Below, one piece after another: positions 36,801 through 46,523 of a DNA stretch of 64,000 bases. Position 1 is the first letter of the stretch, and each line of letters starts with the position of its first letter. A program made the position numbers and the translations under genes. Origin of the DNA: a virus (Duplodnaviria; Caudoviricetes); IMG/VR virus record IMGVR_UViG_2507262055_000001; one strand, 5' to 3'. Below the pieces are notes generated by a model. It did no database searches. It saw only the letters and a program-made list of their open reading frames with translations, and had not been told where the DNA came from.

Positions 36801-37337
36801 TCAAAATTCGGGGACTCTTAAGGTTGGGCCACACAGAAGCCCCATCAGCATAATAAGTATCTGTACTGTCATCAGAAAGAGGTCTCTATTATTCGTTGGG
36901 GCACTAACCGGAGGCCCCCCGGCCAAAAACGCTTCAAAGGGTGTTGCCCCTCCATGGAGGACACCATCAATTTCGAGGCGAGCGATAGATTTGAGCGATC
37001 GCATGTGGTCAGAAATAGGGGGCTTATCGAAAGTCAGGGGTTCCGGACGGTGTGCAAACTCGTTCCGGATATCCCTAATGCGATCGAGGTCCCATCTTAC
37101 ATCGGCACTATAGAGCTGCAACAGATAGCCAAGAGTTATGTTGCGGGCGAAGGCCGTATCAACGAACACGCGGGCTGCTTTTTCATCCGATGATAGTACT
37201 CGCTTAAGCGCATGCTTCAACCCGTCTTCAATGAACGAGCCGGCCATGATGGCTAGCGCTCGATCGGAGTGCTTTCCGTTTTCAAGGTCTTCGATGATCT
37301 CGCGATCACGATCATCTCTAATGAACCATTGCGGCAT
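36801..37337 (-). CDS. MtlR-like/HEPN-fold protein
   Basis: DRALAIMAGSFIE..L; IRDIRNEFAH (Rx4H). Confidence 0.65.
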   Translation of the reverse strand: MPQWFIRDDRDREIIEDLENGKHSDRALAIMAGSFIEDGLKHALKRVLSSDEKAARVFVDTAFARNITLGYLLQLYSADVRWDLDRIRDIRNEFAHRPEPLTFDKPPISDHMRSLKSIARLEIDGVLHGGATPFEAFLAGGPPVSAPTNNRDLFLMTVQILIMLMGLLCGPTLRVPEF

Positions 37338-37624
37338 GCATTACCTTCTTTCGTTTCCGGAAGGAATTGGGGAGGGCGTCAGAACTTCTTCAGCAGCCGA
37401 GCGGCTTCCTCTGCCTTCAGACAAGTAATAGACGACTTCACGTGCGAGGCGGCGGCCAATTAGCTGCACGATCGTGCATTTTTACCCGCGATCTGGACCG
37501 GTCGGTACCGGTAGAGGATTGGTGTCCTCGAGACCGCGGGCTCACCGCTCGGCCGCCTTGGATAGAGGCATGAGATTCCGGTTAGTGCCGGCTCACCCGG
37601 TAAGGTTCAGAGGAAGTCCCGAAA

Positions 37625-37755
37625 ATGAGGTCAATCGTCACGGTGGCATGCCCGCCTCGGATACGGCGCTGACGACGCTTGAGTTGGTGAAGCTTCAGCT
37701 CGGGCATCAACGGTGCCGACTGCAACAACGACGAGGTACTGCAGCAAAGAGAGAG
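37625..37755 (+). pseudogene. Frameshifted remnant of the 5' end of a head-tail adaptor gene
   Basis: With two frameshifts it reads MRSIVTVA-PASDTALTTLELVKLQLG-INGADCNNDEVLQ, versus MRSIVTVASPASDTALTTLERVKLELGIPDSNTASNEVLQ at 38705. Confidence 0.8.
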
Positions 37756-37761
37756 GCATGA

Positions 37762-37792
37762 CAAAATGAGAGACCGCCCGAAGGCGGTCTCT
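37762..37792 (-). terminator. Intrinsic terminator of the PEP-CTERM moron
   Basis: AGAGACCGCC-CGAA-GGCGGTCTCT with a T-tract on the minus strand. Confidence 0.75.
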
Positions 37793-37812
37793 GTACTCTT
37801 CTATGATGGCGA

Positions 37813-38556
37813 TCAGGCGGCGTCGAGCGCGGTTGATCGATTGCGGCGGCGATAAGCCATGAAGCCAACGCCGGAGAAACCGAGGATCATCATCGCCCAG
37901 GTTGAGGGCTCAGGCACTCCGCCGATCGTACCCGATGTGTCGCTGGTCACTTCAGCGTAGAGATCGGCGGTTGCTGTCAGGCCTTCGCGAACGTGAAGTT
38001 GGGAGCCACTCGAGGCCAGAAAGCCATCGCCTACAACGTTTTCGAAGCCGACCAATTTGACCGTGTAGTTGGTGCCGCCGACATTGAAGATAGTCGGAGT
38101 GAAGGTCGAAGGAAGGTTGACGTAATCTGCATCAGCGTCGGGATCAACGTTGCCATTTGTAGTGATCACCAAGCCCAGGCTGAAAATAGTCTGGATCAAG
38201 CCGAGCGCCGGATTCGTGAAGTTGGTGGCCAAGTTAAAATCGATCGAGTTCGGAGTGGTCCCGACCGCGGTCGTCCCATTGAAATAGGTCAGCGTTCCTA
38301 CTTTAAATGGCGTCTCGAAAGCGCTTGAGAACCCGACACCTGCAAACGTCAGGGAATTGGGCCCGGTGCCGAAACCAGCGCTGTCGCCGTAAGTGAAGGC
38401 GTTTGTACCGACGCCCGTGACCGTCGCACCGCCGGGCTGGGGGTTAACGAAGCTCGCATCAGCAGATCCGATAACGTCGGCAGCGAACGTTGGGACGGCG
38501 CTGATTGCGGTGAGGAGAGCGGCGAGACCAAGTGATTTTAATTGATGCACTTTCAA
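37813..38556 (-). CDS. PEPxxWA-CTERM surface protein (choice-of-anchor-K-like domain)
   Basis: Signal ...VPTFA|AD; [12 protein letters not shown]; [25 protein letters not shown]. Confidence 0.9.
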   Translation of the reverse strand: MKVHQLKSLGLAALLTAISAVPTFAADVIGSADASFVNPQPGGATVTGVGTNAFTYGDSAGFGTGPNSLTFAGVGFSSAFETPFKVGTLTYFNGTTAVGTTPNSIDFNLATNFTNPALGLIQTIFSLGLVITTNGNVDPDADADYVNLPSTFTPTIFNVGGTNYTVKLVGFENVVGDGFLASSGSQLHVREGLTATADLYAEVTSDTSGTIGGVPEPSTWAMMILGFSGVGFMAYRRRNRSTALDAA

Positions 38557-38583
38557 ACTCCCAATTTAAATTAACAATAGTTA

Positions 38584-38612
38584 ATTCTTTACCCGCCACG
38601 CCCGCGCGTCAA
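38584..38612 (-). promoter_or_regulatory. Putative sigma70 promoter of the PEP-CTERM moron
   Basis: Minus strand TTGACG-17 nt-AAGAAT upstream of 38556. Confidence 0.55.
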
Positions 38613-38704
38613 TACGCTTTCCGCCTCTCCTGGATGGAATTCAGAGTGACCAAGCTCACACGCCTTCCCGTCGCCATTCACTGCTTTGCCGCCCCGGAGC
38701 CCGC

Positions 38705-39346
38705 ATGAGATCGATCGTTACGGTTGCCAGTCCAGCTTCGGACACGGCGTTGACAACGCTGGAGCGGGTGAAGCTCGAGCTCGGCATCCCGGATTCCAAT
38801 ACCGCCAGCAACGAGGTCCTGCAGGAGAAGATCGACGAGGCCTCGGATGATATCGAGGCCGCTCTCGGCTTCCGCCTGGTGCGGGAGACCGCGGTGGAGA
38901 CCTTCTGGCACGAGCAATATGACAGCGCGCCGGAGAAGCTCGTCCTGGACCGGACGCCGGTGGCTTCGATCACGAGCGTGGTGGTCGATGGGGTCGCGAT
39001 CGACGCCTCGACCTGGCGGCTCGATCCGAACACGGGTGAGCTGTTTGCGCTCTGCAACGGCTATCCGAGCGTCTGGTTGTTCTTGCAGAGCATCGTCGTG
39101 AGCTATGGTGGTGGGTATATCCTGCCGCCGGCGAGCAACCGGACTTTGCCGAAGGGGATCGAGGGTGCGTGCGTGGCGCTGGTGTCGAGCTTCTGGGCGG
39201 CGCGTGGGCGGGATCCGACGCTGCGGTCCGAAGAGATTCCGGATCTGATCAGCGCGACGTACTGGGTCGGGGCCGTCGGCGAAGATGGCGAGCTGCCGCC
39301 CGACATCGTCGCCAAGCTGGCGCCGTTCCGCAGGGCGATCGCATGA
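38705..39346 (+). CDS. Head-tail adaptor/connector protein
   Basis: LTTLERVKLELGI; PVASITSV; VSYGGGY..P..IEGAC; first neck gene position. Confidence 0.75.
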   Translation: MRSIVTVASPASDTALTTLERVKLELGIPDSNTASNEVLQEKIDEASDDIEAALGFRLVRETAVETFWHEQYDSAPEKLVLDRTPVASITSVVVDGVAIDASTWRLDPNTGELFALCNGYPSVWLFLQSIVVSYGGGYILPPASNRTLPKGIEGACVALVSSFWAARGRDPTLRSEEIPDLISATYWVGAVGEDGELPPDIVAKLAPFRRAIA

Positions 39347-39693
39347 CGCCGGAGATGGCACGGCAGCGCTATGCGATCGCGCTCAGTCGCTTCAGCCAGG
39401 TGACGATCCGTCGCTACTACGGCGCGGGCAGCCCGCGGGCGCACTATGAGAAGGCCTGCCGCGGTCGCGAATTACAGTATTCGCCAAACGAGATCGTCGG
39501 GCCGATCCTGCAGGGGGACTGGAAGATCATCCTGCTGGCTGAAGATCTCGAGAGCGGCGCCGTGAGCCTGCCGCTGTTGTCGACCGACAAGGCGGTCGTG
39601 CGCGGCAAGGAGCTGACCATCGCCGGCATCGACGACAAGACACGTCGGTTCGGCGACGTGTTGGTGGCCTATGTGTTGCAGGTGAGGGGATGA
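39343..39693 (+). CDS. Putative head closure/stopper protein
   Basis: Position and size; C-terminal YVLQVRG. Confidence 0.55.
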   Translation: MTPEMARQRYAIALSRFSQVTIRRYYGAGSPRAHYEKACRGRELQYSPNEIVGPILQGDWKIILLAEDLESGAVSLPLLSTDKAVVRGKELTIAGIDDKTRRFGDVLVAYVLQVRG

Positions 39694-40148
39694 GCACCAC
39701 CGAAGCCCAGGCCCGCGCCGCGGTCCGTGCGCAGCTGCCCGGAAGCGCCTTCGCGTTCCCGATCTATTGGCAGGGTGATGACGCACCGACCTTGCCGGAC
39801 ACGCCGGCGGCGTTCGCGTTCGTGGTGTTCAACAATGAGGGCTCCGGCGGGCGGCCGGCAGCGTTCGGCGGCGGCCGCGGCCGCAATCTGTTTCGCAACC
39901 GCGCCCTGGTCGAGGCCTACGTGTTCTCGCCGATCGGCGCGGAGACCGGCGCCGATGCCGCCTCAGGCCGGGCCGAGCTGATCGCGGCGCGGCTGCGCGG
40001 CTTCCGTGACAACGATATCAGCGTGTTCAGCGCCGACGTGATCTTCATCGGACCGGGGTCATCGATCTCGGTGCCGGGCGTGACGGCGCCGAACAGCTAT
40101 CAGTGCGCGGTCGCCGAGATCGTGCTCACGTTCGACCAGATCGGCTAG
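39690..40148 (+). CDS. Putative tail terminator/completion protein
   Basis: Directly before the tail tube gene; typical size and fold pattern. Confidence 0.55.
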   Translation: MSTTEAQARAAVRAQLPGSAFAFPIYWQGDDAPTLPDTPAAFAFVVFNNEGSGGRPAAFGGGRGRNLFRNRALVEAYVFSPIGAETGADAASGRAELIAARLRGFRDNDISVFSADVIFIGPGSSISVPGVTAPNSYQCAVAEIVLTFDQIG

Positions 40149-40203
40149 AGCCGCAACCGCACCGTCGAGACGACGGCGCACTCCATCTCGAAAGGACCAT
40201 GCC

Positions 40204-41454
40204 ATGCCCTTGGCCGAAGGCGTATCAGCCAGTATCCGCTACAAAGCCTATTCGACCGGCGTCATCACGTCGAACGTCGAGCCGGTGCCGGCGGTGGACC
40301 CTGCCGTCACAGGCGGCCAGATTCTGCGGCGCGTCTCGTCGTCGCTGAAGCTTGGCAAGGATACCTATCAGTCGAACGAGATCCGGACCGATCGGCAGAT
40401 TGCCGATTTCCGGCACGGCAAGCGCAGCGTCTCGGGATCGATTACGGGCGAGCTCTCGCCGGCGACATGGTTCGACTTCATCGAGGCGTCGTGCCGCGGC
40501 ACGAAGTCGGCTGCGTTGATCGCGCTGGGGCCGTCGGCGCTGACCAGCATCGCCGCCGACAATGCGACCAGCAAGTTCATCGCCGCCGGCGGCGACCCCG
40601 TGGCACTCGGCTGGCGCATCGGCGACATCCTGCGCGGGACCAACCTGTCGGACCCCGACAACAATGCGAAGAACTTCATGGTGACCGGCTTTGGTGGCAC
40701 CAGCAACCGCAATATCTCGGTCTATCCGGCGCCGGATACGATGACGGCGGACACGTCGTTTTCGCTGACGAACACGGGCAAATCCATCTTTGTGCCGTCG
40801 TCCAGCTTCGTGTCGCGCAAGTTCGGGATCGAGATCTACAACTCCGATATCGACGTCTCGCGGCTGTTCACGGAATGCCGCGCGGCGGGGTTCACGCTGA
40901 ACCTGCCCGCAAGCGGCATGGCAACGATGGAAGTGCCGTTCATGGGCCGCGACATGGTTGTCGGCTCCGGCGCGTCGGCGCCGTTCTATACGGCGCCCGC
41001 GGCCGAGACCACGACCGGCCTGATCGCGGCAGTGAACGGCCTGTTGATGGTGTCGGGCGCGGCTGTCGGCGTGGTCACCGGCCTCAACATCAAGATGGAT
41101 CTGAGTCCGTCGGTCGATGCCGTCGTCGGTCAGAACTTCGTGCCTGAGGTCTTCCTCGGACGCGCCAACGTGACCGGCCAGGCCACGGCATTCTTCCAGG
41201 ACTCGACGCTGATCGGGGACTTCATCAACGAAAGCGAGGTCTCGATCCTCGCCTATTTGACGACAACCTCGGCGCTGAATTCGCCGGCGATGTCTATCTA
41301 TTTGCCGCGCGTCAAGTTCGGTGATGCGGACGTCGCGACCTCGGGCGAGGGCGGCCAGGCCATCACCATGCCGTTCCAGGCATTGAAGGCCGATGGCACG
41401 ACCGCGGGCGACGAGGCGACCACGATCCGCATCGTGGACACCCAGGCGACCTGA
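40204..41454 (+). CDS. Tail tube (major tail) protein with inserted domain
   Basis: SNEIRTDRQIADFRHG..SVSGSI.GEL; GRANVTGQATAFF; IYLPRVKF. Confidence 0.8.
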   Translation: MPLAEGVSASIRYKAYSTGVITSNVEPVPAVDPAVTGGQILRRVSSSLKLGKDTYQSNEIRTDRQIADFRHGKRSVSGSITGELSPATWFDFIEASCRGTKSAALIALGPSALTSIAADNATSKFIAAGGDPVALGWRIGDILRGTNLSDPDNNAKNFMVTGFGGTSNRNISVYPAPDTMTADTSFSLTNTGKSIFVPSSSFVSRKFGIEIYNSDIDVSRLFTECRAAGFTLNLPASGMATMEVPFMGRDMVVGSGASAPFYTAPAAETTTGLIAAVNGLLMVSGAAVGVVTGLNIKMDLSPSVDAVVGQNFVPEVFLGRANVTGQATAFFQDSTLIGDFINESEVSILAYLTTTSALNSPAMSIYLPRVKFGDADVATSGEGGQAITMPFQALKADGTTAGDEATTIRIVDTQAT

Positions 41455-41501
41455 CACACATCCACAGTTCCCCGCCGCACACGGGGATCCTCGCACGGGC
41501 T

Positions 41502-41519
41502 GGCCGCAGTGATGCGCCC
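41502..41519 (+). promoter_or_regulatory. GUGA-tetraloop hairpin with C.C mismatch between tube and chaperone genes (copy 2)
   Basis: GG-C-CGCA-GTGA-TGCG-C-CC; 16-nt identity with 24031-24046. Confidence 0.5.
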
Positions 41520-41594
41520 TGACCGGGCGGTGACGTCACCGAGCGGCCTCGCTGGCGGGCGAGGCCGTTCACCCTTCCGCCAAAGGAAATCAGC

Positions 41595-42068
41595 ATGAGC
41601 AAGTTCGGCAATCTCGCCGCGAACACGTCCGAGGTATTCAAGGTCGAAATCATCGACGCCACCACCGATGAGGTGCTGCGCGACAAGGAGGGCAAGGCCT
41701 CTTACATCGAGGTGCTCGCCGCCGACAGCGTCGAGGGCAGGGCCTTCGATCGCGATCGCCAGCAGGTGTTCCGCAAGAAGGCCGCGCGCACCCGCGGCGG
41801 CATGCCGGACTTTGATCAGCTCGAGGAGAACGTCGCCAAGTGTGCGGCGCTCACCAAGGGCTGGTACCTAGTCGATCCCGTCACGCGCGAAAAGATCGAT
41901 GTCGACTGCACCCGCGCCAACGCGCTGGAGCTGTATTCGGCGCCGGGCATGCACTGGCTGTTCATCCAGCCGTGGGTTGCACTCAATGATGCTGCAAATT
42001 TTATTCGGAGCTCGTCGAGGAACTCTACGCCTTCGCCGAGCACGAATTCCGCAACCAGAGAAAGCTGA
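41595..42068 (+). CDS. Tail assembly chaperone (gpG-like)
   Basis: Between tube and tape measure; slippery A AAT TTT near the 3' end. Confidence 0.8.
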   Translation: MSKFGNLAANTSEVFKVEIIDATTDEVLRDKEGKASYIEVLAADSVEGRAFDRDRQQVFRKKAARTRGGMPDFDQLEENVAKCAALTKGWYLVDPVTREKIDVDCTRANALELYSAPGMHWLFIQPWVALNDAANFIRSSSRNSTPSPSTNSATRES

Positions 42069-42412
42069 GCGACTGCGCGACAGTCGGCGATCACGCCGAG
42101 TCGGCGGCGCGCCAGTTCGCCGCCCTCGGCAAGAAGGTCAAGGTTGCCGCGATCGACGATGCCGCCGAATGCCCGGAGGCGCTGGCGTATCTCTGGCGCT
42201 TCTTCGCCGAACTGTCGATGGGGCTGGCGTCGAACGGCTTTGGGCCGGCGCTGGTGACATGGGAAGCATTGCGGGCATGGTCCGAGTTCATGGCTGTCAG
42301 CCTGGAGCCTTGGGAGGCGAAGGTGCTGGTCACTCTTGGATACCGGCGGGCCGTGATCGCCGACGAAGAGCAGGCAAAAAAGGCGCAGCGTGGCGGTCAG
42401 AACAAGAATTGA
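41996..42412 (+). CDS. -1 frameshift extension of the tail chaperone (gpT-like)
   Basis: The -1 frame is open from the heptamer 41996-42002: YSELVEELYAFAEHEF...YLWRFFAELSMG..GFGP..VTWEAL.AW...LEPWE. Confidence 0.8.
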   Translation, partial: KFYSELVEELYAFAEHEFRNQRKLSDCATVGDHAESAARQFAALGKKVKVAAIDDAAECPEALAYLWRFFAELSMGLASNGFGPALVTWEALRAWSEFMAVSLEPWEAKVLVTLGYRRAVIADEEQAKKAQRGGQNKN

Positions 42413-43100
42413 TTCCATCGCAACCGACATCAACCTCATCGTCAGCCGCGATCTTTCGCCGACAGGCCAGAGCCGCGCGATCGCCGACTACGCGCGGACT
42501 GAAATTGCCCGCGCCGACGACAAGAACAAGCGCATCTTGGGCCGCGTCCCGCCCAGGGTGATCACGGTCGACGGGCGCAAGGGCGGCCAGCTTGAGGATG
42601 TCCGGCCGAATGGCGGGTCGATCATTACCGAGTGGGAAATCGTCAGCGACGTCCTGGTATGGATCGGCGATACGCTAAGGGATCGCTCGCCATTTGTCTC
42701 CGGCGATTTCCGTGAGGGATGGATGCTGCTGGCCGACGGTCAGGTTGTCGAGTTGGGCGGACAGATCCCGCCGGCGGACGTGTACACCTTCGTCAACGTC
42801 GTGCCGTATGCGCGGAAGATCGAGGTGGGCAAGACGACTTCGGGGCGCGACTTCGTCGTTCAGGTCCCGAACAGAATTGCCGAGCGCACGGCCAAGGATG
42901 CAACGGCGAGGTTCGGCAATATTGCCAAGATCAGGTCGGTCTGGATATCGCTTGCCAATCCATACACTCTGAAGAACGACCAGGTCTCACGCTCGTTCGC
43001 CGGCGGCAAGATCCGCATCAGTAAGCGGCAGCGCCCCGATCGCGTCCGGGGCAGTGCGATCACCTATCCCGCCATCACTGTCACCCTGAAGGCTGCATAA
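42390..43100 (+). CDS. Tail completion-like protein (HK97 gp10-like), displaced next to the tape measure gene
   Basis: RSPFVSGDFREGW; FVNVVPYARKIEVG. Confidence 0.5.
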   Translation: MAVRTRIDSIATDINLIVSRDLSPTGQSRAIADYARTEIARADDKNKRILGRVPPRVITVDGRKGGQLEDVRPNGGSIITEWEIVSDVLVWIGDTLRDRSPFVSGDFREGWMLLADGQVVELGGQIPPADVYTFVNVVPYARKIEVGKTTSGRDFVVQVPNRIAERTAKDATARFGNIAKIRSVWISLANPYTLKNDQVSRSFAGGKIRISKRQRPDRVRGSAITYPAITVTLKAA

Positions 43101-45667
43101 TGGCTGATGTGCAAGAGGCCGTCCGGCGTTTGTCAATCCAGACGACTGAGACCGGTACGGCCGACGCAACAAAAAAACTGAACGACCTTGCCAAGGCGCA
43201 AGGCGGCGTTGCCGTGGCATCTGCGAACACCGAGAAGGCGACGCTGTCGCTCGACAAGAGCTTTACCTCGATCGAGCGCAAGTATGTCGCAGGGGTTCGC
43301 GCCCAGCAGGACTATGAGAAGATCCAACGTCAGGTAAATGCGGCAGTATCGCAGAACCCCGCGCTGCAGGAGCGGGCGAACGTCGTCCTGGCAGCTGCAC
43401 GTGAGCGGCATGACCAGCTTGCTGGCTCGCAGCGGGCGTTGAGCGTGATCGCGTCCGACCTTAACGGCAGGGTGCAGGCACAGGCAGGTTCGTTCGGCGT
43501 GGTGGGGCAGGCCCTGACGGCGTTAGGTCCGGCGGGCCTCGCGACGGCGGCTACCCTTGGCAGTTTGGCTGCGGCATTCTATCTTGCGTCTGCGGGGGCA
43601 CATGAACTCGCGGCGAAGGCTCGTGAGCTAAAGGATTTCAGTGAAGCGACAGGCCTGACGGTCAACCAGGTGCAGGCGCTACGCTCGGAGGCAACCAAGT
43701 TCGGGGTCGACTCTGATACGCTGCAGGCGGGCCTGCAGAAGTTCACGACGGGGTTTCAGGAGCTCCGGCTGGGTACCGGGGATCTGCTGACGCAGGTTCG
43801 GCGCATCAATCCTGCTCTCGCCGATCAGATGGCGCTCGCAACCGATACCGCTACGGCTTTTACGCTGTACGGCCAGGCGGTCGCCCAGACAACCAACATC
43901 TTCGAGCGAAACGCGCTGGCACGGGCGGGCCTCGGCAAGGGCGGCCCGACGGTTGCTGAATTTCTCGGCAAGGTTGGCGACGTCAAGGCGTTGGCTGATG
44001 CCTACGAAGCGGCCGGCAAGGGCCTGCAGAGGAACATGATCGACAAAGTGTCGGAGCTGGATCTGCAGATTGCCAAGACGACCGGCAAAGCCAGGGAAAA
44101 TTTCTCGTCGATCTTCGCAGAGCCGGTGCTGCAGGCCGAGCTGACGTTTGCAAAGGCCTTCCTCAGCGTCTCGGAGATCGCGAAGAACTTCTCAATGTCG
44201 GAGGACTTGAAGCGGTATTTACAGACGTATCTGCGGATCGCAACAGCGCCGATTCCGGTCGTTGGCCTCGCGGTCTCGGCCGGACTTGGTCTGGCCGGTT
44301 CGGGCGGCGGACGTCCGAGCACGTCGATCGACGATGCTCACCGGCAGGCATCGATGGCCGAGGCGCTTGCCATTTCGGATGCCGTTCCCCGGACGCGACC
44401 TTCATCCGGAGGCAGCACCGAAACGCCGGAGTCGCTGGCGGCCAAATGGCGGAACTACGTGTCAGTGCTGGGTACCGCGGCTACGCCGAGCGAACGGCTC
44501 AATGCCGCGATCTCGGAGCTGGGGGTCAAGGCGAAAGAGGCGGGCGTCGATGCAGACGTGTTGGCGCGTGGAATCGCAGGACTGAAGCTGGACGACGCGA
44601 TTGCGCGCCAGAGCGCACACAATTCCGCGCTGGGCGCTGCCGCATCTCAGGCTGATCTTCTCCGGGCAAAGACGTTGGAGCTTGTCAAGGCCCAACAACA
44701 GGGAGCCGGCCTTACCGATCAGCAGATTGCAAAGATCAAGGAAGTGACCGCGGCGCAGGCGCTCGGAACCTACCAGATCGATGCTGCAACTGCCGCGGAA
44801 GAGCTTCGCATCAAAACGCTGTTGATGGGCTCGGAAGCGGCGTTGTCCTACGCGACCTCGCAGGACATCATCAACAAGAAACTGCAGGCGGGCGAGCCGC
44901 TCAATGAAGACCAGATCAAGCAGATCAGGGCTTCAGCCGATGCCTATGCGAAGGTCAAGACGCAGGCCGACCTCTATAGCGAGGCGCTCAATGGCATAGC
45001 CTCGTCGATGTCCAGTACGCTGACAACCGGGATCACCGACATTCTGGATGGGACCAAGTCAATAGGGCAGGGCTTCCAGGACATGAGCAAGATGATCGTT
45101 CGCGCCATCGAGGAGGCGATCGTTAAGCTCCTGATCGTCGGTCCGCTCATCAATGCGCTAAAGGGAAGCCTTGGCGCGGGCGGCGGCTTCGATCTCTCCA
45201 GCTTGTTTGGGGGCGGCGCGGGATCGATCAATGCGAACGGCTCGATCGCGGGCGCCGTCGGGGCAACATCGGTCGGCGGCGCGCCGCTGGTTGGCCTGCA
45301 CAGTGGCGGCATCGTGGGCGCGGAGGCGACGTTCCACCGCTACGTCCATCCGGCTCATTTCAATGACGCCATGCGCTACCATACCGGCGGCATCGCCGGC
45401 GACGAGGTCCCGATCATCGCCAAGCGCGGCGAGGGCGTGTTCACGCAAGGGCAGATGGCTGCCATGGGCGGCGCGTCTTCGCCGAAGGTCAGCGTGACCG
45501 TGAACAACTTCGGAAGTGAGCAGGCGACGGTGAACCGGAAGCAGAGCGCCAACGGCGATATCGATTTCGAGGTGATCATCGGGGCAGCCGCGGCCAAGCA
45601 GGCCGGTAACCCCGGCTCGTCTCTCAGCCGCGTGCTTGATCAGCGCGGCAGATTGGCGTCGCGCTGA
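43100..45667 (+). CDS. Tail tape measure protein
   Basis: 855 aa Ala-rich helical; C-terminal LHSGG...YHTGG...DEVPIIAKRGEGV. Confidence 0.88.
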   Translation: MADVQEAVRRLSIQTTETGTADATKKLNDLAKAQGGVAVASANTEKATLSLDKSFTSIERKYVAGVRAQQDYEKIQRQVNAAVSQNPALQERANVVLAAARERHDQLAGSQRALSVIASDLNGRVQAQAGSFGVVGQALTALGPAGLATAATLGSLAAAFYLASAGAHELAAKARELKDFSEATGLTVNQVQALRSEATKFGVDSDTLQAGLQKFTTGFQELRLGTGDLLTQVRRINPALADQMALATDTATAFTLYGQAVAQTTNIFERNALARAGLGKGGPTVAEFLGKVGDVKALADAYEAAGKGLQRNMIDKVSELDLQIAKTTGKARENFSSIFAEPVLQAELTFAKAFLSVSEIAKNFSMSEDLKRYLQTYLRIATAPIPVVGLAVSAGLGLAGSGGGRPSTSIDDAHRQASMAEALAISDAVPRTRPSSGGSTETPESLAAKWRNYVSVLGTAATPSERLNAAISELGVKAKEAGVDADVLARGIAGLKLDDAIARQSAHNSALGAAASQADLLRAKTLELVKAQQQGAGLTDQQIAKIKEVTAAQALGTYQIDAATAAEELRIKTLLMGSEAALSYATSQDIINKKLQAGEPLNEDQIKQIRASADAYAKVKTQADLYSEALNGIASSMSSTLTTGITDILDGTKSIGQGFQDMSKMIVRAIEEAIVKLLIVGPLINALKGSLGAGGGFDLSSLFGGGAGSINANGSIAGAVGATSVGGAPLVGLHSGGIVGAEATFHRYVHPAHFNDAMRYHTGGIAGDEVPIIAKRGEGVFTQGQMAAMGGASSPKVSVTVNNFGSEQATVNRKQSANGDIDFEVIIGAAAAKQAGNPGSSLSRVLDQRGRLASR

Positions 45668-46023
45668 TGGTGGACGCGTGGCCCGGGACGCTGCCACAAG
45701 TCGTCTTGGTGGACGGCTTCAGCCAGACTATCGGCGACGGCCGGATTCGGATGAAGCCAGATGCAGGGCCGGCGCTGGTTCGTCGCCGCTCGAGTGCCAT
45801 GCCGAAGGCGATGCCGTGCAACATCGATGTCGACGACGATCAATGGGATGATCTCATGACGTTCGGAGAGACGACTTTGATCGGCTGGACGCTGCCGTTC
45901 ACGTTTCCGGATCCCGCGGGCGGCGCTGACCTGCTCGTGCGGTTTGCCGACAATCTGCCGTCGCGCAGCGAGGTCGTCACCGGCGTATGGCGGGTTGCGC
46001 TCGATCTGGAGATTTTGCCTTGA
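45667..46023 (+). CDS. Distal tail/hub-type protein
   Basis: WPGTLP; GRIRMKPDAGP; directly after the tape measure gene. Confidence 0.6.
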   Translation: MVDAWPGTLPQVVLVDGFSQTIGDGRIRMKPDAGPALVRRRSSAMPKAMPCNIDVDDDQWDDLMTFGETTLIGWTLPFTFPDPAGGADLLVRFADNLPSRSEVVTGVWRVALDLEILP

Positions 46024-46523
46024 GGGTCTTATCCCTGAACTTCCGCCAGGCCCTGTTTGCGCAGCAGTCGGGCGAGGTCCCGATTTTCCTGCTGACCATC
46101 ACGCATCCGCAGCTTGCGAATCCGATCCTCTTGACGACCGATCCGACGACGCGGATCACGACAGATCCGCTGGTTTACGGCACGGTGTCGCGCGGCGAGA
46201 CCTATCTCTTTGCCGGCGTCGACATCACCTTGCCGGACGAGCAGGACAAGTCGCCACCGGCCTCGAAGCTGTCGATCCAGAACGTCACGCGCGACCTGAT
46301 CCCGCTGGCGCGCTCGGTCGCGACGCCGCCGCAGGTACTGATCGAGGCCGTCCTGGCCTCAGCCCCCGATACGGTCGAGACCACTTTTGCGACGTTCGAC
46401 ATGGCCAATCTGGTCGCGGACGCCGCCATGCTGAATTTCGACCTGACCATCGACGCGCTGGCGACCGAGCCGTACCCGTCCGGCACGTTCTCGCCGGCCT
46501 CGTTTCCCGGACTGTTCTATTGA
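46020..46523 (+). CDS. DUF1833-like tail tip protein (TTG start)
   Basis: LLTITHP; ITLPDE; LSIQNV; PYPSGTFSPASFPGLF. Confidence 0.7.
   Translation: MRVLSLNFRQALFAQQSGEVPIFLLTITHPQLANPILLTTDPTTRITTDPLVYGTVSRGETYLFAGVDITLPDEQDKSPPASKLSIQNVTRDLIPLARSVATPPQVLIEAVLASAPDTVETTFATFDMANLVADAAMLNFDLTIDALATEPYPSGTFSPASFPGLFY

Noticed and set aside
38566-38584. Possible CtrA box upstream of the PEP-CTERM moron
   Set aside because: The spacing is TTAA-N6-TTAA, not the canonical N7
41899-42561. 220-aa ORF as the frameshift extension of the tail chaperone
   Set aside because: It is the +1 frame and gives an Arg-rich nonsense sequence; the -1 frame has the gpT-like sequence
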